63,371 nucleotides of DNA, filler included, from a bacterium (GCA_026985515.1; 8 parts of 8 records of this genome joined end to end with filler, not necessarily neighbours in it), one strand, 5' to 3'; positions 1-10,636 are shown, counted from the first letter of the whole stretch. Translations and numbers: made by a program. Notes: generated by a model not told the origin, from the letters alone.

Positions 1-850
1 CTGGATGCTGGGGCTTTATGACATCAGGATTATTTATAAAGTTGTCATAAATCTTTGCTATTTGTCGTCTCTTCTCGTTATCATTGTCCAGATACTTTAA
101 CTTAACCCTTAGCACTGCTGCCTGTATTTCATCAAGTCTGCTATTAACACCTTTATATTTATTAATGTATTTTCTGCTGCTCCCATAATTACGCAGAATT
201 TTTACCGTTTCCGCGAGCTTATCATCATTTGTAGTAACCGCTCCACCATCTCCAATTGCACCAAGATTTTTGGTAGGAAAAAAACTGAAACCGGCAGCAT
301 CACCAAGATTTCCTGCTTTTTTTCCTCTCCACTCAGCTCCATGAGCCTGTGCTACATCCTCAATAATTTTCAAATCATACTTTTTCGCAATATCATAAAT
401 TTTCTCCATATTTACCACTCGTCCATACAGGTGGACAACCATTATTGCCCTTGTTTTTTCTGAAATTTTTTCTTCAATAACATCAGGGTTGATATTATAA
501 GTGTGAATATCTGGTTCCACAGGTACCGGTGTTAACCCTGCATTACTTACAGCCAGAATAGACGCTATGTATGTATTGGCAGGCACTATAACCTCTTCAC
601 CTTCTTTCATGATACCCAGCTCTTTATAAGCCTTGAAAATCAATGTTAGAGCAGACAAACCGCTTCCCACCCCAACAGCATGTTTCGTACCACAGTATTT
701 AGCAAACTCTTCTTCAAACTTCGCAACCTCCTCTCCAAGGATATACCACCCGGATTTAAAAACCTTATTTATGGCAACAACTATTTCCTCTTCGAAGCGC
801 TTATTTATTCTTGCCAGATCAAGGAACTTAACTTCACTCGAATCACCCAT
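1..850 (-). CDS. fdtB: DegT/DnrJ/EryC1/StrS PLP-dependent sugar aminotransferase (FdtB-like), 3' end runs off the window
   Basis: Not in the ORF track. Manual translation from ATG at 850 gives [16 protein letters not shown]...[10 protein letters not shown]...[11 protein letters not shown]...[17 protein letters not shown] (PLP-lysine motif). Lies directly downstream of two FdtA-like genes. Confidence 0.9.
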   Translation of the reverse strand, partial: MGDSSEVKFLDLARINKRFEEEIVVAINKVFKSGWYILGEEVAKFEEEFAKYCGTKHAVGVGSGLSALTLIFKAYKELGIMKEGEEVIVPANTYIASILAVSNAGLTPVPVEPDIHTYNINPDVIEEKISEKTRAIMVVHLYGRVVNMEKIYDIAKKYDLKIIEDVAQAHGAEWRGKKAGNLGDAAGFSFFPTKNLGAIGDGGAVTTNDDKLAETVKILRNYGSSRKYINKYKGVNSRLDEIQAAVLRVKLKYLDNDNEKRRQIAKIYDNFINNPDVIKPQHP

Positions 851-864
851 CTGATATTACCCCT

Positions 865-1290
865 TCAGGAAAGAACACCCATGTATCTTAAATATTCATC
901 GTAATCTCTTATGTAGTCACTTTCGTCATACAACTCAGAAGTAAGAACAAGACAAACAGCCCCAGAAGAGAAATTCTGAAGAGAAGCCCATATTCCTGGA
1001 GGGAGATGCAACCCGTAGTAAGGTCTGTTTAAAGTTACCGTTCGCTTGTTAATCCCATCGTCAAGTATCACATCAAAGGCACCACTTACTGCAACAAGCA
1101 ACTGATGTGTCTTTTTATGGGCATGTCCCCCTCTGCTTTTCCCACCTGGTATATCGTAAATATAAAACACTCTTTTTACTTCAAAGGGCAAATGAATATT
1201 ATTCTCAACGAAAGTTAAATTACCTGCTCTGTTACCTATTCGGGGAAAAGTTATTATTGAGCAATCATAGACTGTAATTCTATTATTCAT
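865..1290 (-). CDS. fdtA: dTDP-4-keto-6-deoxyglucose 3,4-ketoisomerase, FdtA/QdtA cupin family
   Basis: GNLTFVE, PFEVKRVFYIYD, RGGHAH and YDESDYIRDY motifs; adjacent to an FdtB-like aminotransferase. Confidence 0.88.
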   Translation of the reverse strand: MNNRITVYDCSIITFPRIGNRAGNLTFVENNIHLPFEVKRVFYIYDIPGGKSRGGHAHKKTHQLLVAVSGAFDVILDDGINKRTVTLNRPYYGLHLPPGIWASLQNFSSGAVCLVLTSELYDESDYIRDYDEYLRYMGVLS

Positions 1291-1703
1291 TTCTTCTTTA
1301 CCTCGGAGAGAAATTTATCAAATTCTCTTATATAGTCATTTTCATCATAAAATTCACTTGCAAGAACAAGACATACGCTGTTTGTAGAGAAATTTTCAAG
1401 TGTTCTCCATATCAGCTGTGGAATATAAATACCATAATATGAGCGGTTAAGTGTATACCTGTATTCTTTTACCCCATCATGCAAAACAACATCAAAACTT
1501 CCCGAAAGAGCCACAATAAATTCCTCAGTTTTTTTAAAAGCATGGCTACCCCTGATTTCCCCACCCGGGACATCATAAATCCAGTACACTCTTTTAATCT
1601 GGAAAGGAATATGATTGAAAGACTCAATAAATGTAAGATTACCTCTTTCGTCTGAGATCTTGGGTAACTCAATAAGCTTTATTCTTTTCATTTGCTTCTC
1701 CAT
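1287..1703 (-). CDS. FdtA/QdtA/WxcM-like cupin (second copy, HAF variant)
   Basis: DERGNLTFIE, PFQIKRVYWIYD, RGSHAF, YDENDYIR; 4-nt overlap with the next FdtA gene. Confidence 0.85.
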   Translation of the reverse strand: MEKQMKRIKLIELPKISDERGNLTFIESFNHIPFQIKRVYWIYDVPGGEIRGSHAFKKTEEFIVALSGSFDVVLHDGVKEYRYTLNRSYYGIYIPQLIWRTLENFSTNSVCLVLASEFYDENDYIREFDKFLSEVKKK

Positions 1704-1749
1704 TGTGGATTATTATAACAGTTCATAAAATTCTTTCCAAAACTCCTCT

Positions 1750-3068
1750 CTACAACGGCTTGTAACCAACATATATTTTAAATCGCACCCATATATATGC
1801 AAGGGCTGAGAGGTTCCAGACAATTGTTGAAATTCCAGAACCGATGGCAGCTCCAGTAGCGCCCCAGATGGGGATAAAAAGATAATTGAGAATTACATTC
1901 AATACAGCCGCTACACCACAATATTTCTGAACACCTTTTCTCTGCCGGTCATCATAAGAAAATAACCCACAGGACCGGAAAAGGCGTTGATCATCTGGGA
2001 AAAAGAGAGAATTATGAGGACATATTTCCCCGCAGTAAACTCCTTCCCAAATATTCCAAGGATGAAATCAGGTAGAATCAGGTATAGTAGCATTACCGGC
2101 AGGGACGAGTAGAAAAAGAGTCTCGCTCCAAAGCGGACGACCCTTTTTAACTCTTCAATCCTGCAACTCCAGTACAGCTGAGATATTTTTGGAGCAAGAA
2201 TCATATTTACGGAAGTTACAGCAATGCTTGCAAGGAGAGAGAGTTTATAGGCTATTGAGTAAATCCCCACCTCTTTTGAGTTACTGAAATATCCAAGCAT
2301 GAGTTTATCCGTGTTGGCTATTATGACCATCATGGATGATGTTAAAAGGAGAGGAAGTGCTGTTTCCAGCACCACTTTGAAAGGTACACTGGAATGAGCC
2401 TTAATTTCACGCTTCCTGAAAATTTTCAGAAACATTATAAGCGCCACCGAAAAAACTGTCATCACTATGATCACATTGGCCACAGCAGGCAGAGTCTCCC
2501 TGACCTTAAAAACATAATAGAGAAGAAGGATGGAGAAGAAATTGATGAGTGACATTGAGTTTCGTATGCTCTCTGAAACATTAATCTTTCGCAAACCTCT
2601 TATTGTCTCAATAAACTCTCCTCCGGCAACTGAAAAGGGGAAAACCACAGCGTAAAGGATAAAATATATTCTCAAAAGCGGCTCAGCAAAAACATCCAGC
2701 GCGATCCAGCGGGAAAAAATTATAACCAGTAGAGACACAAATGAGGCAAAGAGAAAACTTGTTAAAACCACTTTCCTGACTATTCCACCCAGTGCTGAGT
2801 CATTCTCATACTGAGAAGCAAATCTAACGAGAGCGGTGGGAAAACCAAGCCCTGCCACAAGGCCGACAATTGCAAAAAATGAAACAGTGAGACTGTTAAC
2901 ACCCACAACTTCTGCACCAAGCAATCTTGCAACGAGGAGTGTATTGATGTAGCCAGCTCCAAGAGATACAACCTTTGTACCCAGTGACCATGCGGAGCCG
3001 TGGAGGATCTCTCTGTATTCGCTGTCTCTGAAGATTCTGGTAAGTTTTTCCTTAAAAGTCTCTCCCAT
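1750..3068 (-). pseudogene. wzx: Wzx-type polysaccharide flippase with a single-base frameshift near 1913 (pseudogene or sequence error)
   Basis: The 385-aa multi-TM ORF stops at ...FRNIVV-TAG (1911). The shifted frame continues VAAVLNVILNYLFIPIWGATGAAIGSGISTIVWN...KPL to TAG at 1750, which is a typical flippase C-terminus. Confidence 0.8.
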
Positions 3069-3111
3069 TTCCCATAATTTTAATGTGAAAGAGAATTTTT
3101 TGCTAATTCAT

Positions 3112-3978
3112 TCAGATATTGCTGAGTCTCAGAAGGCATGATTTTAAAAAAACGAGATAAAGAGGATCTGAAAATATCAGCGGAATGCCTTCTCTCTCAA
3201 GTTTCATTAATCTTCTGAACAACACGAGCATCTGCCTGCACTTCCTGGCAAATGCTCTGTGGGGTAACCTTACAACTCTCCTGACTCCTGTGGCCTGTTG
3301 TGAATGCTGTCTGTAGAGAACCAGAGGTTTTTCAGAAAATAATCCCTTATAACCAATCGCTGACAGAATAACAGCCATCCAGTGATCATGGTGCCATTCA
3401 TCGGGAAAGGGGAGGAAGATCCCGGCACTCTCTCTCCAGAAAGCCATGGTCATACCAGGAATAAAGTTTCTCTTCACGAGAGCAAAGAACTGATACTCAG
3501 GCGATTCTCTGAATTTTTTTCTTTCCTTCTCATCAAAGCCGTTGATTCCCCATATTGTTCTCCCCGTGGGAGAAAGATTTTCATCTGTTATAACTGCGTC
3601 TGAGAAGAAAAAACTTTTTCTGTCATTTTCTTCAGAGGAAAGCATTTTTAAAGCAGTTTCAATTCTCTCTTTTTCCCACACATCATCCTGGTCGCTGAGA
3701 AAGATCAGATCACCGGTGCAGTTTTTAATCGCATTCTCAAAATTTCCATTAACACCTCTTTTCCCGGTATTTCTGATTACTCTAAATTTTATTCCACCAC
3801 CTGAAAGAACCTTCTCAGCAATTTCTCTGGTACTATCAGTGGAACCATCGTCACTTATGATTATTTCATCCGGGGGTTGCGTCTGATTCAAAATTGAATA
3901 AAGCTGTTCCTCAATAAATTTCTCCCCATTATAGGTGGCAATGGCAACTGAAATTTTTATTCCGCTTTCCTCTTTCAT
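3112..3978 (-). CDS. Glycosyltransferase family 2
   Basis: ISVAIATYNGEKF, SDDGSTD and FLSDQDDVW (DxD) motifs. Confidence 0.92.
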   Translation of the reverse strand: MKEESGIKISVAIATYNGEKFIEEQLYSILNQTQPPDEIIISDDGSTDSTREIAEKVLSGGGIKFRVIRNTGKRGVNGNFENAIKNCTGDLIFLSDQDDVWEKERIETALKMLSSEENDRKSFFFSDAVITDENLSPTGRTIWGINGFDEKERKKFRESPEYQFFALVKRNFIPGMTMAFWRESAGIFLPFPDEWHHDHWMAVILSAIGYKGLFSEKPLVLYRQHSQQATGVRRVVRLPHRAFARKCRQMLVLFRRLMKLEREGIPLIFSDPLYLVFLKSCLLRLSNI

Positions 3979-3984
3979 TAAAAA

Positions 3985-4713
3985 TTAAACCCGGAGGAAT
4001 CTTCTTTCGATATACTTTACAATCTCCCTCGCAGCAGTTTCATTGTCAGTTTTTCTGACATCAATTGTAATTTCGGGGTTTTCCGGTTCCTCATAGGGGT
4101 CACTTATACCGGTGAAATTTTTTATTTCGCCCCTCAGTGCCCTCTCGTAAAGTCCCTCCTTATCCCTCTTCATGCACGTTTCCACATCGCACTTCAGGTA
4201 AACCTCAACGAAGTTTTTGCAGATCCTTCTCGCAAATCTCCTCATTTCCTCATAAGGTGAGACAAAACTGGCCACCACAAATACGCCATTCTTCTCTAAA
4301 ATTGAGGCAAAATATGCAACTCTCTCATTGTGAAGAACCCTCTCAGGTCTCGTGAACCCCGTCTGGGGAAAGAGTTTCCTGATGTTCTTACCGTCAAGCC
4401 GCTCCACCTTGAGACCTCTTCTTCTCAACTCCTCTGCAACTAAATCTCCAATCTCTGTTTTGCCGGATGCTGGAAGACCCGTTATCCAGATCACAAAGGG
4501 TTCAACCTCAATCTTGCCAAATCTCACTTTATTCCACACCCTTTCATGCAAAAAGTAAACGACTATTTTGGCCACAAACTCAACTCCACCAACAACACCT
4601 GCAAGTTCAAGGTTTCCAAAAACTATGTAAACGATAGTCATGGTGGTGAGTGTGGCAAGAATCCTCCAGGAAAAGGCCTTGATAAGTGATCTTGTTCTGG
4701 TTTCAACGATCAT
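3985..4713 (-). CDS. cysC: Adenylyl-sulfate kinase with an N-terminal DUF2061-like membrane domain
   Basis: N-terminus RSLIKAFSWR...YFLHERVW (DUF2061-like); then WITGLPASGKT P-loop, SFVSPY, RDKEGLY and NFTGISDPYEEP. Confidence 0.88.
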   Translation of the reverse strand: MIVETRTRSLIKAFSWRILATLTTMTIVYIVFGNLELAGVVGGVEFVAKIVVYFLHERVWNKVRFGKIEVEPFVIWITGLPASGKTEIGDLVAEELRRRGLKVERLDGKNIRKLFPQTGFTRPERVLHNERVAYFASILEKNGVFVVASFVSPYEEMRRFARRICKNFVEVYLKCDVETCMKRDKEGLYERALRGEIKNFTGISDPYEEPENPEITIDVRKTDNETAAREIVKYIERRFLRV

Positions 4714-4781
4714 TGTTTAACATCCAAGCATAATTTCCCATTGAAGGTTATTATAAAAGAATAAACGAACATTGCAAAATA

Positions 4782-5825
4782 TTGCTTTGGAAGTTTGAAA
4801 CCGATCCCCGCATTTTAAGAGAAGAAGTCACAGCCTCCAGGGAAGAGGTTGTTTTCATTGATGAGATTCAGAGAATACCTTCACTTCTTGATGAAATCCA
4901 AACACTCATAGATGAAACAGAAAAGATATTCATTTTAACCGGATCATCAGCCAGGAAGTTGAAGAGAAAAGGGATAAACCTATTACCGGGACGGGCCCTT
5001 TCTTTCAAACTTCTTCCACTTTCAATTGAAGAAATTAGAAGTTATCTACCAGATTTTTCAAAGGCAACACTGAAGAAGATCCTGAGATTTGGTGAACTGC
5101 CCAGAATTTTCACTCTCGTCTTCAACAATAAAGAAAAAACAGCCACCGACCTTTTATTCTCATATACAGAGACATATCTTGAAAAGGAAATAAAAGCGGA
5201 AGCTCTGGTCAGAAGAGCAGGTAACTTTTCCAATTTTTTAAAGATAGCTTAAGAATCCTATGGAAGACCAATAAGTTTCAGAGAACTCTCACAGGATATC
5301 GGAGTTTCTCATGTGACAATTTCAGAGTACTTTCAGATTCCCGTTGATACATTAATAGCAACATTTATTCCAAACTGCTCAACCTCAACCCAAAAGGGGA
5401 GAAGTACAAAAGCAGGGAAATATCTTTTCTTCTACACTGGTATCACCAACACTCTAAGTGAGTTGATTGACATACCCGAATTTCCAGATGAAAGATGGGG
5501 CATTTTGTTCGAGCAATGGACAGGCACAACTATACTCAAAACTCTGTATAATCACAATATCAGGGGTGAAGTATGTTTCTGGCGAGAGGGGAAGAGGGAG
5601 ATTAACTGGATTGTGAAAAGCGGTAGAAATATCATTCCCATTGAGGTTAAGTGGGGAGAATCCATCAGGAAACAGGCTCTGAAAAGTCTGGAAGCTTATA
5701 TTGAAAGAAACAACTTGAAAATGGGTTTTGTGGTTTTCACCGGGGAAAGAAAAAGAAAACTCACTGAAAAAATCCTTGCCACTCCATGGCTTGAATTACC
5801 TGAAGTACTTCTGGAAAATCTGTGA
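4782..5825 (+). pseudogene. AAA_14/DUF4143 ATP-binding protein, degraded
   Basis: Walker B FIDEIQ and LTGSS are present but the N-terminal Walker A is missing. An in-frame TAA at 5250-5252 is followed in frame by ESYGRPISFRELSQDIGVSHVTISEY and a C-terminal PIEVK; usual FFDTG and EID motifs read FFYTG and EIN. Confidence 0.8.
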
Positions 5826-5845
5826 GAGAATTTATAAATTCCGAT

Positions 5846-5869
5846 AAAAAAAGGGGGGAAGCCCCCCTT
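5846..5869 (-). terminator. Rho-independent terminator of icd
   Basis: Minus strand reads GGGGGG-CTT-CCCCCC-TTTTTTT just after the icd stop. Confidence 0.75.
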
Positions 5870-5872
5870 ACC

Positions 5873-8116
5873 TTACATGCTATCAATAATGGCGTTCAGA
5901 GTCGGAGATGGTCTCATCTCTTTAGCCACTTTTTCTTCGTCAGGGAAGTAGTAACCACCAATATCCACAGGGTGTCCCTGGGCTTTAAGGAGTTCATCAA
6001 GAATCTGCTTCTCCTTCTCAGCCAGTTCTTTAGCCGGTCCTGAGAATTTTTCTTTCAAATCTTTATCCTCATCCTGATTAGCAAGATTTTCTGCCCAGAA
6101 TCTTATAAAGTAGTAGTGTTCTCCTCTGGTATCCAGTTCCCCAACCTTTCTTGATGGCCAGAGCTTATTGAGCAGTAATTTTGTGAGGGCAGCCTCAGCA
6201 GTATCTGCAAGGATCTTTGCCTTTGGATAATCATACTTCTGTGCTATGAACCTGAGTGCCTCAATAAGAGCTGTGAACTCTGCTGTGGAATCCCACCTGA
6301 GGTGACCCTCTTCAAGGAACTGCCAGACATGTCTCGGAGCAGAACCACCCGCACCAGCCTCAACCAGTCTTCCACCGTTGAGGAGTGGAACCACAGAGAG
6401 AACCTTTGCACTTGTACCAACTTCAAGGATGGGGAACAGGTCAGTGAGATAATCCCTCAAAACATTTCCTGTAACGGCGATGACATTTTCTCCTTTCCTG
6501 ACCTTTTCCACAGTAACCTTCATTGCCTCCTGGGGAGCAAGAATCCTGATATCAAGGCCACTGGTGTCGTGATTCTTCAGGTACTTCTCGACTTTCTTGA
6601 TCAATTCAGCATCGTGTGCCCTTTCCTTATTCAGCCAGAAGATGGTGGTATTACCGGTTTCCCTTGCCTTCTCAACCGCTATGTCAACCCAGCTCTTTAC
6701 GGCGATATCCTTTACCTGGCACCCTCTCCATATATCCCCTTCTCTGACCTCATGCTCAATCAAAACATTACCATCTTCATCAACAACTCTGAATTTACCC
6801 TCTGATGGAGCGAAGAAGGTTTTGTCGTGGGAGCCATACTCCTCAGCCTTCATGGCCATTAAACCGATGTTCATCACTGATCCCATCGTGGCACGGTCAA
6901 ATTTTCCGTTTCTCTTGCAATCTTCCACGATCTCCTTATACATTGTGGCATAGCTTCTATCTGGAACGATTATCTTAACATCGTGAGGCTTTCCATCGGG
7001 ACCCCAGGCTTTACCACCATCCCTTATTATTGGAGGAATGGAAGCATCAATGATAACGAGATTTGGAGAGTGAAGGTTTGTGATCCCCTTGTTAGAATCA
7101 ACCATATACATTGGAGGATTTTTCTCGTAAATCTTCTGAATCTCTTCCTCGATCAGCTTTCTCTTATCCTCAGGCAATTTATCAAGCCTGCTGTAAAGAC
7201 CTGTAAGACCCTCACTTGGCTTGAAGCCAATCTCTTTCAGAAGATCACCATACTTTTCAAAAAGATCCTTGAAATAAGCTCTGACAGCGTAACCAAAGAT
7301 CACAGGGTCAGAAACCTTCATCATGGTTGCCTTGAGATGTACAGACCAGAGGACACCCTTCTCCTTCGCATCCTCAACCTCTTTTTCAAAAAATTCCTGA
7401 AGTTTTCTAACATCCATAAATGTACCATCAAAAACCTCACCCTCTGTGAGATCTATCTCTTTGAGAACCTGAACATTTCCTTCTTTATCAACGAATTCAA
7501 TTCTTATCTTCTTATCCTTTTCCGATGTAATGGATTTTTCATGCTCGAAGAAGTCACCACCATCCATGTGGGAAACATGGGTCCTTGAATTTGATGGCCA
7601 ATCTTTCAGGGGTAGACCAGCCATTTCATCGGGGTATTTCCTGGCACTTTCCTTCACAGGCAGTGGAACGGCTCTGATGTTATTTCCCTGCCTCAAAACA
7701 GGATTAACTGCACTTCCAGTGACTTTTGAATACCTCTCCTGAATCTTTTTCTCCTCTTCTGTCTGGGGTTCGTCGGGATATTCCGGGACATTGTAACCCT
7801 TCTCCCTCAGCTCCTTTATGGCATCCTTCAACTGAACCACGGTGGCACTGATGTTTGGTAACTTAACTATATTTACATAGGGATCATTGAAAACCCTCTC
7901 CCCCAACTCTGCGAGATCATCAGGGACTCTCTGATCCTCCCTGAGAAAATCGGGGAAATTTGCCAGTATTCTTCCTGCAACAGAAATATCCTTTACCTCC
8001 ACATCAATATCTGCTGCCTTTAAAAACTTCTCCACTGCAGGAAGTAACGAAAATGTTGCAAGATATGGAGCCTCGTCAACCTTCGTCCAGGTAATAAGCG
8101 GTTTTCTTTTTTCCAT
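5873..8116 (-). CDS. icd: Monomeric NADP-dependent isocitrate dehydrogenase
   Basis: 747 aa; [77 protein letters not shown]. Confidence 0.96.
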   Translation of the reverse strand: MEKRKPLITWTKVDEAPYLATFSLLPAVEKFLKAADIDVEVKDISVAGRILANFPDFLREDQRVPDDLAELGERVFNDPYVNIVKLPNISATVVQLKDAIKELREKGYNVPEYPDEPQTEEEKKIQERYSKVTGSAVNPVLRQGNNIRAVPLPVKESARKYPDEMAGLPLKDWPSNSRTHVSHMDGGDFFEHEKSITSEKDKKIRIEFVDKEGNVQVLKEIDLTEGEVFDGTFMDVRKLQEFFEKEVEDAKEKGVLWSVHLKATMMKVSDPVIFGYAVRAYFKDLFEKYGDLLKEIGFKPSEGLTGLYSRLDKLPEDKRKLIEEEIQKIYEKNPPMYMVDSNKGITNLHSPNLVIIDASIPPIIRDGGKAWGPDGKPHDVKIIVPDRSYATMYKEIVEDCKRNGKFDRATMGSVMNIGLMAMKAEEYGSHDKTFFAPSEGKFRVVDEDGNVLIEHEVREGDIWRGCQVKDIAVKSWVDIAVEKARETGNTTIFWLNKERAHDAELIKKVEKYLKNHDTSGLDIRILAPQEAMKVTVEKVRKGENVIAVTGNVLRDYLTDLFPILEVGTSAKVLSVVPLLNGGRLVEAGAGGSAPRHVWQFLEEGHLRWDSTAEFTALIEALRFIAQKYDYPKAKILADTAEAALTKLLLNKLWPSRKVGELDTRGEHYYFIRFWAENLANQDEDKDLKEKFSGPAKELAEKEKQILDELLKAQGHPVDIGGYYFPDEEKVAKEMRPSPTLNAIIDSM

Positions 8117-8154
8117 ATTTTCCCTCCGTTTACTTTTTCAGGAAATTCGCTTTT

Positions 8155-8182
8155 ATTATATAGGGCAGGAGACTTATGTCAA
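8155..8182 (-). promoter_or_regulatory. Sigma70-type promoter of icd
   Basis: Minus strand TTGACA-16 nt-TATAAT, about 40 nt upstream of the icd start. Confidence 0.65.
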
Positions 8183-8271
8183 TTTAAATTATGGCACTTT
8201 AGATTATAACTATTTGAAACTTAAAGATTTTTCCAATATCATCCTCTGCTAAATCTGTATAATGTATACAA

Positions 8272-9138
8272 TCAGATATCAACATTGAGAAACTTCCTTG
8301 CAAGCAGGCCTATTCCAAAGGAGATAAAGCTCACACCGAAACTTATGAGCACCATTTCAAGGAAGGATTTTTTAAAAGGCGCATCTTTAACAACGGAGAG
8401 GAAAAAGGTAAAGAAAAGTATTACAAGAACAGCATCAAAAAACATCAGCGCCAGAGAGTAGAGGTAATTGGAGAAAATGAAGTAGGGGAAAACAAGCACA
8501 ACCACTGTCATTGCATACGCGAGTCCCGTGTAGAATGAGGCTTTCAGCGGATTTTTATCCCCGTCTGATTCCGACTTCTGGGAGAGATACTCAGATGCAG
8601 ACATGGAGAGGGCGGCAGCTATTCCCATAATTAAACCGGATAGACCCACAAGCCGGGTGTTCTGCATGGCAAAAGTCAGTCCTGCTATGGCTCCCGTTAA
8701 TTCAACAATTGCGTCATTTATTCCAAGCACCATGGAACCGATGTAATTTATCTTCTCCTCATCTATCATTTCAATCAATGAACTCTCATGCCTCTCCTCA
8801 TCTTCCAGAATGCTTTTCGCCTCGGGGATCTCACTTACCAGCTGTTCATACTTGTTTTCAGCAAGAGTTTCTCCCTTCTCCATCATCTTTATGGCGAATG
8901 TTAAACTGAAAATTCTCGCAATCAAGGTGTAAAAGAAAATCTTAAATTTATTGGGCTTAACATCGACTCCCGTGTATTTTTTCCACACATTGTGGTGTGA
9001 TAACTCTTCATTTGAAATTCTTTCAAGTACCTCTCTGTTTTTCCCTTCGGCTATTCTGGCAAGATTTCTGTAAATCAGATGCTCTGTTAATTCGCTCCTC
9101 TGAGACTCGATGAGAATTTCTCTGATCTTTTCATCCAT
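8272..9138 (-). CDS. Rubrerythrin/ferritin-like domain fused to VIT1/CCC1 transporter
   Basis: Start reassigned to ATG 9138 (AGGAG RBS). N-terminal E..H motifs (ELTEHLIY, EELSHH, EERHE); C-terminal VLGINDAIVE...ALSMSASEYLS VIT1 signature with TM helices. Confidence 0.87.
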   Translation of the reverse strand: MDEKIREILIESQRSELTEHLIYRNLARIAEGKNREVLERISNEELSHHNVWKKYTGVDVKPNKFKIFFYTLIARIFSLTFAIKMMEKGETLAENKYEQLVSEIPEAKSILEDEERHESSLIEMIDEEKINYIGSMVLGINDAIVELTGAIAGLTFAMQNTRLVGLSGLIMGIAAALSMSASEYLSQKSESDGDKNPLKASFYTGLAYAMTVVVLVFPYFIFSNYLYSLALMFFDAVLVILFFTFFLSVVKDAPFKKSFLEMVLISFGVSFISFGIGLLARKFLNVDI

Positions 9139-9148
9139 TTCACTTCTC

Positions 9149-10636
9149 CTATCCATACTTGTAAATAACCCCCTTTCCACCGGGTGGATAACTCCACTTA
9201 ATATTATCATACTCACAGAAGTATCTGCAAAAACCGCATTCAAGGCAGCGATAATCTCTCACCACAATCCCTGAGTCACTCTCTTCATACACCTTGCCTG
9301 GACACATTTTAAGGCAGTTTTTATTCTCACATTTCAGACACCTGTCTGGTTCATCGAGGGTTATGAAACCTTCAGCAAATCTTCTGTCAAGTTTTTCCTG
9401 TACAAGATCTCTGACTTCCCTGCCTTCAAAGGAGAATTTTTCTCTTTCCTTAAATACCTCCTTTATTTCACTGAAGATCCCTGTTTCACCGATAGAATTG
9501 AGGCAAAGTGAAGCTGAAAAAAGAAGCTTGGAAAGGTACTTTTCCACCTTTTCGCTCCTCCGGAAGAGGAGGTGATAGACACGGGTTGTTCTGAAAATTT
9601 TGAGCAGTCCCACCTCTGCAAGGTGTCTGAGGTACAACCTGCTGGAATCTCCTGAATGCCCGAGTTCTTCAATGGTTTTTGAAACAGCAATACCGCTCAG
9701 AAAAGCCACAGGGAGTCCGCTCAGATCCCCCGTGGTTGAACCCATAGCATCACCTGTGAGAAATACCCTACCCCTCGCAAACACCGGCGAAAAGAAAGAT
9801 GGATAGCCAAAGGGTATGAGATGAGTGGAAATTTCAACCAGTTCCCCTCCTTCAATGAGTCTACTTATAAAAGGATGTTCCGCAAGAGTCTGGAGCAGAT
9901 CAAAGACGGAAACCCTGTGCCTGATAAGGAAACTTACCTTGGCTCCCGTACCAAAGGATATGGAGTCACGATTGGTGTATATGAATCCTCCCCCGGGGAG
10001 ATTAAAATCGGGATGTCCTATTATGTCTATAATTATGCCCCTGCCGGGAGAGAGATTAAATCTTCTTTCGATTTCCTCCTGTGATAATCTGATCACCATC
10101 TTGACACTTGCAAAGAGATTCTCAGGAGGTAATTTCCCGTGAATACCGCTTTTTTCAGCCACGGTGGAATTCACTCCATCGGCACCAACGAGGTACCTGG
10201 CGGACAGGTCTCCCCTGTCTGTTCTGACAAAAATTTTTCCTTCCCGCTCTTCGAATCCCGTAAAAAGGGTATCGGTAAAAATCGTGACTCCCTCTCTTTT
10301 CACTATTTCTGCGAGCCACGGGTCAAACTTTGCCCTGAAAAGCGTTACTGCGGAAGATTTAGAATCGTACTTTCTGAGGGAAACAGTTGAAACAGACCTG
10401 CCTGAAATGAAGAAGTGAGACTCAGCTTCAACTTCCCTCTCATATGGAGGCGTTAGATCTGGAAACGCTCTGCGAAAATATTCAAGGTAAAGAACCCCAC
10501 CCATCACATTTTTTTCACCCGGTTTTCCTCCCCTTTCCAGTACAGCAACTGAGAAACCTTTTCTGGCAAGGTGATACGCAGAGGTTAAGCCAGCAGGACC
10601 AGCCCCCACAACAACTACATCGTAGTCCACCGTCAT
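9149..10636 (-). CDS. FixC-like FAD-dependent oxidoreductase fused to a FixX-like ferredoxin
   Basis: GAGPAG FAD motif, GGGFIYTNRDSIS, LTGDA; C-terminal CLKCENKNCLKMCP...CLECGFCRYFC...WSYPPGGKGVIYKYG (FixX tail). Confidence 0.85.
   Translation of the reverse strand: MTVDYDVVVVGAGPAGLTSAYHLARKGFSVAVLERGGKPGEKNVMGGVLYLEYFRRAFPDLTPPYEREVEAESHFFISGRSVSTVSLRKYDSKSSAVTLFRAKFDPWLAEIVKREGVTIFTDTLFTGFEEREGKIFVRTDRGDLSARYLVGADGVNSTVAEKSGIHGKLPPENLFASVKMVIRLSQEEIERRFNLSPGRGIIIDIIGHPDFNLPGGGFIYTNRDSISFGTGAKVSFLIRHRVSVFDLLQTLAEHPFISRLIEGGELVEISTHLIPFGYPSFFSPVFARGRVFLTGDAMGSTTGDLSGLPVAFLSGIAVSKTIEELGHSGDSSRLYLRHLAEVGLLKIFRTTRVYHLLFRRSEKVEKYLSKLLFSASLCLNSIGETGIFSEIKEVFKEREKFSFEGREVRDLVQEKLDRRFAEGFITLDEPDRCLKCENKNCLKMCPGKVYEESDSGIVVRDYRCLECGFCRYFCEYDNIKWSYPPGGKGVIYKYG

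Noticed and set aside
1911-5252. Premature stops (TAG 1911-1913, TAA 5250-5252) as possible recoding or alternative genetic code
   Set aside because: The flippase continues in a different frame, and the AAA gene has other signs of decay. TAA, TAG and TGA all terminate normal genes elsewhere in the window.
6302-7588. Long antisense ORFs opposite icd (similar ones lie opposite atpG, mglA, the OFOR genes and the 32836 gene)
   Set aside because: Shadow frames of conserved genes with no recognisable motifs.
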